In this document: positions 24,231 to 35,319 of the stretch, piece after piece
How the letters are laid out: each line of letters begins with the position of its first letter
How positions within the stretch are numbered: the first letter of the stretch is position 1
Origin: Raillietiella orientalis
Lineage: Eukaryota
DNA: 64,000 nt
Assembly: GCA_036172245.1 (NCBI GenBank)
Contig: JAYWIR010000041.1
Span: 1,364,001 to 1,428,000, forward strand
Reading direction: 5' to 3'
Made by a program: the position numbers and the translations under genes
Notes under the pieces: model-generated
Database searches by the model: none
What the model was told of the DNA's origin: nothing
The model's input: the letters and a program-made list of their open reading frames with translations, nothing else

Positions 24231-27200
24231 TCGTTTTAATGCTGTCCTCGTGTTTGCAAACAATCGTAAATTCTTCGACTCTCGGCAAGGAAATGGAAAT
24301 GCGGATTGTAGAGAGCCCGGTTACCATTTGCTAGATTAATTAATGAGATTAATGAGCCGGAATGTGCTCTAACCGAACGGAGTCAATGGTATTCCCACAC
24401 AGTTTTCACCAACGGAGTTTCAGGTTGAGATATATGCAAAGCCGAAGGCAAGAACAGGGAACTTGACGTGTGCGGCCCATGACGAACACTGCGCGGGAGG
24501 GTGCTCTTCCCAGCCAGCAAAATCAAGCCGCACATCATAACCCTGGATGCACTTACAAACATCTGCAAATTACGGAACAATAAAACGAGACGATGGGCTC
24601 CAAGGAGACCACTCATTCCATCCCGGCCCCTCTGCCTCGGAACGAGGGGACCGTTTGTTTGAGTGTAGCAACCGACCCACCAGCTTGTGCTTCGACCGAG
24701 CCATAAATACCGATGCTGCCATTTCCGGGCTTCGGAGGCTCGGATCAGGGGGGAACGGGAGGGAGAAAGGGTTGGACGGATGGGGGGCCTGCTCGATTTC
24801 CGCACGTGCGGGAGCCTTTAGCCTGAGGGGCTTCTTGCCCAGGCAGCAGTCCAGCTAGGAGCCTTGCATCCGGGAGCAGAAACCTTCGTTCTGCACCGGC
24901 AGGAGATGCTGAAGCCTCCGTAGCGTCCGCGACGCGGTTCCTCGGAGAGGGAGGACGCGCCTCCTCTCAGCGGAGTTTTTGAGGCTCCGGAAATCTCCGC
25001 TCGCACGACCCCCGTCGCGGGGACGATCTCGGATGCAGCGCGCCTTCCTTTCTGCGGTTGTCGCCGTCGCCGACTCTACTCGGAGCAATTTACGACCCGT
25101 GTCTGGGAGGTCTTCCAGACTCGAAGGCATTGGGCAGCGGCCGGATTCCTCAGGGGAGCGAAAGCTTTACGGAGGATGCGACACGTCTCCGAAGATAAGA
25201 GAGGAGGGTCCGGCCTTCGAGAGGGATGGGAAAGCAAAAGTTGACATGCGTAATTTGCAGCCACATCCGTAAAGCGGAACCTATCGGGGAGGCGACAGGG
25301 GTGCCAGGTGACAAAAGCGAAAAGAGAAGTTCAGGATGCCTGGTGAAGATTTCTCCATGGCATGCCCGCGCAATCTCTACTTTTTTTGCTTCCTTTGCTC
25401 CTATTTGCGGGCAGTTGCTCCAGGAAGCGAAGAAACGTTAAGCGACAATCAACCGACCGGATCAGAGGGTGGTTTGACGATCCGCGCTCGGTGCGACGGA
25501 GGCAAAGACTTGGCCAGATATGGCTGCCCTCGAATCGACCCGGTGCGCTAGTAGACCTTCTCCTACAGCAAAAGCTCGTTTCTCGCAGTTGTCGACGACT
25601 GCCTCGCCATCCTCGGACATAACTGCCACTCTCCTTGAACTCGTATCTGTGCTGGACGCTCCCGCCAGTCTTGCCATACGTATGCGCCCACTCATGAGTC
25701 TCCGAAGAAGAAGAGCTTCCTGAAAAACCGAACAGGGCACTGTACCTCAAGAAGTTAGTTTTGGTTCAAAGACATAACGACGAATGGAAGTCGCCGGGTT
25801 GCCTAGGCGACGAAGTCAGTGAAGACGAACCCATTCAAGACACCATCACCTAGCTCCATCTAAGCTTCCCACAGGATTGTTGGCGCTCGCCCGGGGAGGA
25901 GCACGGCCAGTGATTAAAGGTCTTGGGGCACCGACACGACTCGACCTATCCTCTAACTTCGGATGGGTAAAAGGCGCGACTTGCTTGCTTGCCGAAGCCC
26001 CGGCTGTCGAGCGCCACCCGGCGGGCCATTTGGTCAGTGGGTGATGCTCCAAGCCACAACCTACCCTCACCCCACTCCCCTTCCCTGCTTAACCGAACCT
26101 TTGGGTCGCTCCTGCATCCGATACAGCACGCTCATCAGCCCCGGTGAGATGAGGGGGGCTGTTGCTCTTGGTTACCACGGCCAGTAGGACGGCGGCAGGA
26201 ACGAAACCGGAGCGCCTCGAGTGCGGCTTCGCTGCGTGACGTCATCAGCCATCAGACGTCATCCGTCAGAGCAATGTCATCCGAAAATGCGGGACGATTC
26301 GCGACTTCCGAACGGCGCGGCTGGAAAGTCAGGACGTTGGTTCGGTCAAGGAGCGCGCACGCGACTACTCGCCCGCCTCGAAGCAGCCGGCTGAGAAGCT
26401 GGTCGTCCATGCCTGCCCGCCGGGGCAGAATTGCCGGTCTTTTCTTCCGGAGCCCTCAAGTCGGGGGACGGAGGGGTCCTCCGGTTCGGACGAGTAGGGG
26501 GACGGTGCGAGCGGAGGGCTTGGGCGCGATCACCTCAAGCAGAGCGACTGCCGTTGCTCGCAGATCCTGGTGGTGGAGGCAAAGACTCCAGCGGTTCATC
26601 TGATGTGAAGGAGGGGTCCACCGGAGCGGTCTCTGAGAGTGGTCCAGTCGACTCTCAGTCCTGGAAAGCTGAGTCGGAAACCAAGCTTCACCTTGGAAGG
26701 TGGCAAACGAAGAAACGGGAATCCGAGGTTATGAGGGAAGCTGCATGCGCGTACAACAAGGTTCTCTGTTTGTCTTACTCTTGGTTCCTGTTCTTCCCTT
26801 TGCGGTCGTACAAAGAAGGGGGAGGAGGTTCGTTCGGGAGTGCTGCCTTCCTCCGACCCGCTTCCGTCTAGTAGACAGGTACCGGGGAAGTGCGCACAGG
26901 AGTTGAGGTGCTTGCACTCCGGTCTCTGCAAAGAGCGCAGTCTGGAAGGCACCGCGGATCTTCAGAACGAGAACACCTCCAGACGGGGATCATCAGAGTC
27001 GTTAGGTGCAAAGGAGCCGGAGCAGAGAGATAGGATGTCTTGACCCCGAATGCGCCGGGGTGATGATGAGCCATCCGTCTGCATGGAAGCATTTTACTGG
27101 GGGGCATGACCAGGAGGGAAGCTCTATGAGTGAAGTGAATAGAGGTGGATGGTATCGAGCAGCCTCAGGATAGACATCGTCATCCCGAGGGTCTGTTTTC

Positions 27201-27638
27201 TCCGAGCAGCGAACGCGCGCGCTAGGCGCCGGGTCAATCCCACAGACAAGGGGTGTAGCACCCGAGGAGCAGTTGGAAGCAGCAGGAGTTAGCTGAGACC
27301 CCTTCCCCGAACTCCATTGCGATTTCTAGAAATAACCTCTTTCTGCTGGCGCTGGCGCCCGGTTAAAAGACGTCAGCTGCTACTGCAGAGGACAGAGAAA
27401 CTCCTCTGGGTCTCCGGACGGGAAGGGAGCGGTGCAAAGACAGTGCTAAAGACTTCGTCTGCATTCGGCCGCGGACTCTCTTCTACAGCTCTTTACGGTT
27501 CGGATGGTTTCCTCACCCCAACCCTCACCATCCCACAAACGGGACAGGCCAATGAAAGAGCGGTCTTCCATGAAAAGCTATTCCTAGGGACTCCATCGCT
27601 GACCAACGTAAAAGGAAGAGGAGCACCCCACAGACCCA

Positions 27639-27696
27639 CTTCTTTGTCACTGGGGATTTCTGTGGTGTAGCACAGAAATCCCCAGTGACAAAGAAG
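27639..27696. repeat. Perfect inverted repeat: 26-bp stem, 6-nt loop
   Basis: cttctttgtcactggggatttctgtg (27639-27664), loop gtgtag, then its exact reverse complement cacagaaatccccagtgacaaagaag (27671-27696). Confidence 0.97.
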
Positions 27697-28613
27697 CCGC
27701 ACCAAAAGAGCACCACGACCTGCGTAGAGCAGCATCGACACACTTCCTGCACTCCGAGTAGCACACGACGCTCGCTGTCCGTGCAGCCTAGATGAACCTT
27801 CCGCCCGTACCTACGTCACATGCTGGAAATGGGAGGAATCCTGCCATGATGGTGATGGATCTCCTGCCAGACCACACCAGACATCCACCCCAGAAGGTCG
27901 AAGCCAGATTAGGTGGGAGAGGTGCTTCCAGGGAGGAGACACGGTAGTCACATGGCATATCCCTACGAACACCTCACTGTAGCATTGAAGTCGCAAGGAG
28001 GAAAACAAATATTGTCCATTGGGACCGTCCACTCTGCCTCCAAACGAGTCGAGGGGCAGCATCATGAGACGACGACGGGGTTATCGGGGCGCCGTGGATC
28101 CCAAAGAAGGAGGCAACAGAGGACCCCAGGAAGGAGATCTACGGCGCCATACAGCTCTCAATAGGCATCCACCGGAAGCACAGGAAGGGGTCACCTCCGA
28201 ACCGAGCATATCCTGCCAGCCGGCCCCATCAGAAGAGCGGAACTCCAGCTACCATCCCGAGAAGAGGACAACTGAAGCAGTCTCTTTGTGGTAGCACGAT
28301 TGACACCATTGATCTCCGTCGTGCTGCTGCTTGGGAAATGCGCCGTTCTCTACAGCGTGCCAAGATTTCTGGATATCGATATACCTCGTTCTTGCGCTTT
28401 TCTTCCTTGAGCTTCTTCTTCGCTTGCTTGCACATGGTCGGAATTTCTTCTTTCCCGTCAGTTGCATAGCAAGCAGCCTCTGAGCGAGCAGCCCAGTTGC
28501 ATCAGTCAGCTTTCATCCCCATCCCTTGTGAGGATACTTATCGTTCATCTTAATAAACGGCAGCTGTTCTCCGGGTTGCATCGCAACCGAGGAAACATCA
28601 CTCGGATTTCCAG

Positions 28614-29020
28614 ATGAAAACACCGCACAAGAACTTGCTCTCCTTGTCCTCGGTAACGGATCCCCACAAGCTTTGGGTGAGATTCGTTTCAAGAAGACCG
28701 GAGGGAAGCACAAAGCTGCATCTTGTTTTCATCTTGACTGAACTTGAGGACTCCGCGACGCTTGAAATTTATAATTTCATCACCATCAGTATCTACGATT
28801 GACATCACGCGTGCTCATATCAGGCAATGCTGATACTTCCAAGAAAAAAGACCAAGTGTTGCGTACTCGTTGGTAACTGATATCTGCTCGACCCAATCCA
28901 GTTTCTGTCAAGACGACTTATTTATTTTGCTCGCTGCTCGTGCAGAGATGGTTGTGGAAGCCTTCCAGAGTTCCTTAGCACGCGATGCGGAAAGATAGCC
29001 AGTCTCCTTGATTACTCGAT
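28614..29020 (+). pseudogene. Degenerate extended-Tudor-like unit
   Basis: LSLSSVTDPHKLWVRF...*...LPRKKTKCCVLV, then an intron-like gtaact...gtgcag segment, then frameshifted LWKPSRV / IASLLDYS. Confidence 0.45.
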
Positions 29021-30183
29021 TGACGGTTTCTGAGGTTGAAAAAAAAAAAGGGATTAACTACCCCATTGTGAATGTGCAGACTCCTTCGTTGTGAATGTGC
29101 GAAGATGGTGAAAATCACCCTCCTCTCCTATCCGTAGTCTTCCTCCGCCCTTTCTGGCAGATTTTCCAGCCACTAATTTGCATCAACTCGGCTGTGGCTC
29201 GGAAGGAGGCGCTCAGCAAGGAAGCAGCTGGCGGGAGCCGAAGACTTGGGCTTGGATACCTCAATCTGGAAGTGAAACTTTTCCTGGAATGCAACAGAGG
29301 CCTCAGCAGGGAATTGCAGCCTCGGCCGCATCCCAGGAACTGGTGTGGAACGTCTCTCCACGAGTCCCTTAGCGATCCTTCACGCGAATGCCTGACTCTG
29401 CTCCTAGTTCCGCGAGGAGGGTTCCAGGGCACACCAGCAGTCAAGATGTTTCCCTCATCCGGCAAGCCTGGAATCGCGGAGTCTTCTCAGAGGCTGAGTT
29501 CCTCTTGTACAATGCCAGCTGAGCTCTTCGCTCGCTTTGCCATCCCTCAGGGGCTGCAAGTAGCCAGCTCCGGCACCGCAGCAAGTAAAGAGCTAGGGGC
29601 AGCTTTCAGATCCCCGCGTTCGCGCCGTCTCCTTCCTCTAGAGTCCAGGAACATCCGGTTGGATGTCTGCAGAGAACAGTGGCGGCAGTGGCAAAGTCGC
29701 GGAGCTGCACCTCAAGCAGCTGCTCCAGAGCCAAAAAAAAACCGGAGGCAGCCCCTGCTGGAGTCGTCCTCCGTGGAGCCGAAGACATCTCTTGAGCGGT
29801 CGCCAGCTCTGGACCCCCTCAGCACCAAAAGCAGGTCCGTCCTCCCGTCACTAAGGCCAGTGTCCTCGTCGCCGCAGGCAATGGCTAGAGCCGCGACCCT
29901 GGGAAGTCTCAACGACAGCACTCTGTAGAGGCACGGAACTCTCTGGTACGGAAAAGGCTCATCTCGGGTGAGACATCCCTTCCCTGTCCTGGATCCCTCC
30001 CGGGCAGTATTCCGTCCGCACCAAAGGTCAGGTACAGTGAAGGAAGCAGACGAAGTTGTCTGCTGGAATGGATGGGAGGCGGTGATGGAGGATGTGGGTG
30101 CTGGGTGTGGACTTTCGGTCAGATAGCGAGGATGGTGGGTATGCTGTCTTATTCGCTGAAGCTTCCTCAGCTGCCTTGCGGGT

Positions 30184-30320
30184 AGGAAGAGAGAAGGAGG
30201 AGGAAAGGAGGAAGGTAAGAATATAGGATGGGAAAGAGGAGGAGGGGAGAGACGAAAGGAAGAGGAAGAACTGAGGTGAAAGAGGAGGAAGGAGGAGGAG
30301 GAGGAGGACAAAAAAGAAAT
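30184..30320 (+). repeat. Purine-rich low-complexity (GAG/GAA/GGA) tract
   Basis: About 135 nt almost entirely G/A, including a run of GGA repeats. Confidence 0.85.
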
Positions 30321-31089
30321 GATGGTGATGAGTCCCCATTTCTCCCTGACGGTACTCCCAGAGCGTTCGAAACGCTGTGCTCGTTCGGCTGAGAGCTGAG
30401 CCCGCTGAGAGCTGATGCCACCTGACCTCCCATATGATGTCTTCGACCTCTTCGCCGGCTGCAGCATGGATCCATCACGTGTCTTCTCATATGCGCGACC
30501 ACTCCAACCACCACCGCTGGTAGCGTCTCCCCTGGGGGGCAGATGAATGTGCTCTCCCTACGTCTGGATGGCGGATGAAGAATCCGCGGGAGAGTCTTCG
30601 GGCTTCTTCGGAAGCGGAGGGCTAGAGTGAGTTGGGCAAGGGGCGGGGGTGGGGACCGCTAGGGAGAAGAGAAGGACCGCCTCCGCCACCCGAGAGTCAA
30701 AGCCGGCAGCTCTAGGGTCAAACACGCCGGTCACGGCAGATCTCGGCTTTCGGGCAGTGCCACGAAAACCATACCGTGAGGGATGCGACCACAACAGGGG
30801 GAGGGGAGTTTCCGTCTTGGCGTTCCGGTCACCGCACGCAGCCCCTACGAGGGAGACTGGGTGGCCCGAGCCCGTCGTCACGAGCTCCCGGTCGACCTTC
30901 CCCCATCCGCTAGCATTCTCCCCACCGTTCCCCCGCTGGGCTCAGGGAGGGAGCGGAGAGCTTCCTGGACCGCCAGCTGTCTGCATTCGTGCATGCGTGC
31001 CCTGCGGGCAGGGAGAGAAACGCCGGCCAGGAGCGCGCTTCGAGAGTTCGCTAGGCGCGTCCGTCCGCAAGCGCCTTGCTGAGACTGCT

Positions 31090-31466
31090 TCTCGCGCATG
31101 CGCGTGCTCGCGTCAGTATGCCTATTAGACTGGCCGTGTCGTGCTGTCGAGTTCAGTTGGCTTCGGAGCGCCTATACGAGTGGTGTGTGTGAGGCTGCAG
31201 CCGTCGCCGCCGTCGTCGTCGTGGTCGCCGTCGCCGCCACGAGCGCTTAAGCCCGGAAGCCCCGCTGTGTCCCTCCCGTTTCCCCGTCCCCTCCCCCATC
31301 GAGTCTGCGGCGTGCTGGAGAGCGGATGCTGCTGCGCCTCCCGGCGTGGAGGGAAGACCTCGGATCGTCTCCCTGCCGTGTTCAGGCGACCCAGGCGGCG
31401 CTTCGCGCGCCGAGGACGGACGCTCCCAGCAGTCCTTCGAGGACCGCAGCGGGAGATGCGCCCGCC
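31090..31466 (+). promoter_or_regulatory. Probable Plexin-B promoter and non-coding first exon at the start of a CpG-rich island (about 30.6-34.3 kb)
   Basis: Palindrome GCGCATGCGC (NRF1/Ewg-type) at 31094-31103. Arthropod initiator-like TCAGTT at 31153-31158. Consensus donor CC|gtgagt at 31467 could splice to the acceptor at 35258. Motif inference only. Confidence 0.5.
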
Positions 31467-34400
31467 GTGAGTTCTTACCTCCTTTCCTCTCTCTGCCGCG
31501 GCCTCTTGGTTTTTCGGGACCTTGGGTGCGTCCTGCTCCCTTGCAGCGGCGGGTGCTCGGTCTCCCTTCGCCCCTTTCCCTCGCCGAACTTCCGGGAAGC
31601 GCCTTCGCACGCGGAGGTCCCATCCGTCTTCGTCGCCTTTCTTTTCTCCCCCCCCCCCTTTGTCGCCTCGCCCTGTCTCCCCCTGCCGCCCTGCGCCGCC
31701 GGAGCTGGGAGCAGGGGCGGAGGGAGCGACGCGACCCTTTCAGGAGCGCTCCCTCCGCGGGGCTACCCCGCCGAGGGGGATTCCGTGCTCGCGGTGCGCG
31801 CCCCCGCCCCTCAGCCCCCCGATGTCGCCAAACAAAGTCGCCCTTTCTGCGAGAGGGGAGAACCAACCTCCCGCCTGCATGCGCGCGCGCCCCTCGGTGG
31901 ATTCTGCACATGCGTGAAGTGGTTCTCGCTGGCTCTCGTCCCCGTTGCGCCGCTTACCAGCGCCTTGCGTTCGCCGTACGACTGGGAGCGCGGAAGGCCT
32001 TACTCCCCACCCTCTTTTTTCCCGGAAAGACCTGGCTCTCTCGTGAGGGACACCCAGTCGCTTCCCCACGTGTCTCTTGCTTTTTCCAGGGGGGACAGAG
32101 ATGATGCCGGCCAGGCGCTCATGGGCAGGGTGACTCGCGCCCCCTTCTGGGGAGGTTTCCTGCCCCACCCGTCCTCCGTAGGCGGGTGCGTGGGTGGCAG
32201 CACGTCCCCTTACCGGCCCCGCGGCGCGTGGCCGGCGTTCCGCGCGCGCGGCTCTGCTCCCGCCCACGCCCGGCCACCATCGGAGGCGCTCAGCTGCTTC
32301 CTGCCCTCTTCCCGCTCGGCTGCGCGTGACGTCACCGCCCCCTTGGCGCGCATCTCCTTGCTCGTGTAGCTTTGCTCGCGGCGCCCGCCAGGGCGTTTTT
32401 TCCTCCTCTGATTGCGAAAGTGAGCGCGTTCTGTGATGCCCTGGGCTGTCCTGTCCGTTTCCATGGAGGAGCGGGGGTGCGTCTGAGAGACCTCGAGGCC
32501 GCTCCCCCTTTTTTTGTTCTGCGCGCCTCCATCGAGTCAGCGTTCGCAACAGTGAACGAGTTGGGGATCTCGCGTGGGCCGGGCGGGCCGGAGGATCGCC
32601 CATAGTTGTGTCCCGTCGTCGTCGAACGAGGACCGCCGCTGGAGGGATTCTCCAGCCCCAGCCGGGAGTCTCTTTGTGCCGCTTCTAGCTCTCGGGTGCT
32701 GCTGCGCTCCTGCGCGAGCCGGACAACCGGACGAGGTCGCCTGGAGGGAGGCGATTGACCGACTTCGGCCCCTCCGTGCTCCCTGCGCACCGCGAGGTGT
32801 CCCCGTGCAAGAGTTCCGCAGCAAATGTCGGGCTCACTCCGAAAGGACGTCGCCATTTCGAGAACTCGGGAACGGCATTTACAGGATGCGAGGTATTGTG
32901 CGAGCGTTGGGGCCGTCACCGTGGGAACGTGACCAGGCGGGTGCGGGCACCCCGTTGGGCATCGCCAGGGCTCGGCCAAACGCGCGCGGCCCCGTTGCCA
33001 GTCGGTTTGTCTGGCTCTCCAGAACTCGGGGGTATCTGTGGTTGCTCTTCGAGCAGGCGAGCGGACCCTCGCGCGCGATGCGCGAACTGCGTCCGGCCCT
33101 TCCGTGGGTGTCATGGAAGCGTGTAGACGTGCGTTCAGAGGCTCCAGCTCTCGCGGTTACGTGCGCGCGCAGCAGCAGCAGCAGCGATGCTCCTGAAGCG
33201 AGGACGGCCGAGACGGTCGCCGGCTTCTCTTCGGCGTGGCAGGATGGCCCACTCTGGCCTTCCGGTCTTGTTTCACTTCTTGACTGCTGTGGCAGTAAGG
33301 AGGTTTCGGCGCGCGTTGCTTGTGCTCGGCTCGGTGCTCTGCGGAGGATACCCTCGGGGTTGTTGCGACCGCTCCAAGCCGCAACCCTCTCGATCGCTTT
33401 CCATCGCCGGCCAGCAATGCGGACGGGCCTCTGTGGCGTTCGAGGAGGATGCCTCGGACGCAGAAGTGTTCCCGCATGTCTTCCTCGACGGCCCGGGTCG
33501 CCTTCCTGGTCTCGGGAAGGAGCAGAAATCGAGGAGGCGCGCGCGCAACCCTCCGCTCTGTTCGCCCCGAACGCGCGTGGATTTTTCTCCAGCGAAAGTC
33601 GCGACAAGAAAAGCACTGTTTTTTGTTTTATTTTATTTTTATCTTTTCGCCGCTCTTTCGGACGCCTCCTGGCAGTCTCTGGCGCAGCGTCGGCGAGGGG
33701 AAGTTCCCGGCGGTTCGATAAGGCGGATTTTTCACGAGATTTTTGCGAGGCACGAGCTGTTGCCCATGGCAGCGGAATTCCGTTCGGGGGCTGATCCGGT
33801 TATTGAAAGTCGACTCGGCTCCCCGCGAGATAACAGGGCCGCCTTTCACCTGAAAGGTCCGGAGCCGCAGCCAAACAGTATGGGGGAAAAGCCGAAGGGG
33901 GCGCCGCTGGCTGCCAGCCCCGAGCGTGGATCTACTGCGGCGCGATCGAGGGCAGTCGCCAGTCGATCCTGGACGGTCGCTGCCCGGCTGCATGCCCGGT
34001 GCCTTCCGCAGGCCTCGCCGTTGCCAGCAGCGAATATCCCACTGACGTTTTCTCGTGTTCTTACCTGCTTCGCCGCCGCCGGTGCGTAGCGGCGTGGACC
34101 CGCGAACGACAGTCGTGACCCAAACGAGCGGATCTATCGTGCGCCACCTCCACCTTTTGCCTCCTAATCGACCAAGTGCGTTGGAAACGAACACAGGAGC
34201 GGTTGCCGCGAAACGGTTGCTGCTCGGCTCGGTCATCTTGTTGTGACCCGAGAGTTCGCGGCGGATCGTCAGATTTCCTCTCGCGGTAGAAAGGCAAAAG
34301 CGAGCGCGGGTTGCAGACAAATCCCATTCTTTCTTTCTTTGATGTTTGCTGCCTGCTTGCTCACGCGAAGCTCTTCGGAAAAAAGCATCCCCTCCTTTCC

Positions 34401-34562
34401 CCCTTTCCCTCTCCGGTGAAATTACATAGGAAGGATCCGAGAGTCCCCTACGCAGTGTGGAGCTCGTATACATTAACGAAACAAAGAAATAAAAAATAAA
34501 AGTTCGAGGTCCCTTTTCATTTTCGCTCGTTCCGGAAAGGCATACAACCAGGCCGTTTTATG

Positions 34563-34592
34563 ATTATTATTATTATTATTATTATTATTATT
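34563..34592. repeat. (ATT)10 microsatellite
   Basis: Direct reading. Confidence 0.95.
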
Positions 34593-35319
34593 GTATTCGT
34601 CCAGAGATTCACATGTCGTGCAGCAGCGAGCGCATCCGGCAAACCTCCTCGCACGGCAACCACTTCTTCGGAGGCAGTCGAAACGCAGTTATCCTTCGCT
34701 CTATCCCATCCGAGATGGCGGCCTCGTGTCGCGGGTTCGTGTCGCAGGCATGTTCCTGGAAAGGTCCTGCCGGACCTCGTCGTCTGTTCCTCCTGGTGCC
34801 CTGGCGTGTGTGAAGCTCCCTCCCGGCGAGAGTTATCGTCGCTGAAGTGCAGTGTCCGCAAGTGCGTATTCCAGGGCGAGACGGCCCGTCCCGGTCGTGG
34901 CTTGCGTCGCGTCTTTTAAAACGCCCGGAAGAAACCATTTCCTCTGAGGAAAGCGTGCTGAGGTCGCCAACCGGATCGTTCCTCTTCCCGGTGCAGACAT
35001 CCCGCTCCCCCGCCGCATCCCGTTTCCGAGAGCACGTTACGTCACGAAGACGGCGAATTCCGGTTAGACGAAGTCACAACTGAGGGGAGGAATGCGGGGA
35101 GACGCTGGGAAAAAAAAAGAAAATTCCTTCTTTCATGTCAAGGGGACGTTTGAGGAGAAGACCTTCCTCACATCCCACGGATTATCTTAGAATCTCACGC
35201 CAAATTATCGCGATTTTCTTTTCCTTTTTTTTCTTTTTACGACTTTCGTGTTTTCCAGGATCTGGGAGTCACTCTCTAGTTGGATCAAACAGCTTAACGC
35301 ATGAAATTCTTCGTCCGCA

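Larger units (their letters stand above)
619..30600 (+). pseudogene. Putative decayed, intron-containing multi-Tudor-domain gene or tandem genes (tudor/TDRD-like); boundaries approximate
   Basis: About ten + strand segments echo extended-Tudor motifs (S-x-x-SP-x-x-F; helix; G-x-x-C-x-A...W-Y-R; V-x-F-x-D-Y-G; L-P-x-x-F-x-x-L-P-x-Q-A-x-x-C-x-L), mostly in the expected order, but carry stops, frameshifts and loss of key residues. Recognised by eye, not by HMM. Confidence 0.55.

Noticed and set aside
1..32000. Idea that the left half is reversed or complemented without the other operation (processing artefact), prompted by mirror-image splice-like motifs
   Set aside because: TpA is depleted relative to ApT as written (about 2 versus 10 in 11941-12180), as in natural orientation. 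Reversed and complemented readings also contain stops.
5964..32334. Five TGACGTCA (CRE) palindromes at 5964, 8207, 18933, 26237 and 32327
   Set aside because: Scattered and unclustered in CpG-rich DNA; too weak to call functional.
31326..33794. Overlapping 250-400-aa ORFs on both strands
   Set aside because: R/P/A/G-rich frames typical of a CpG island; no domain. Best explained as plexin 5' region and intron.
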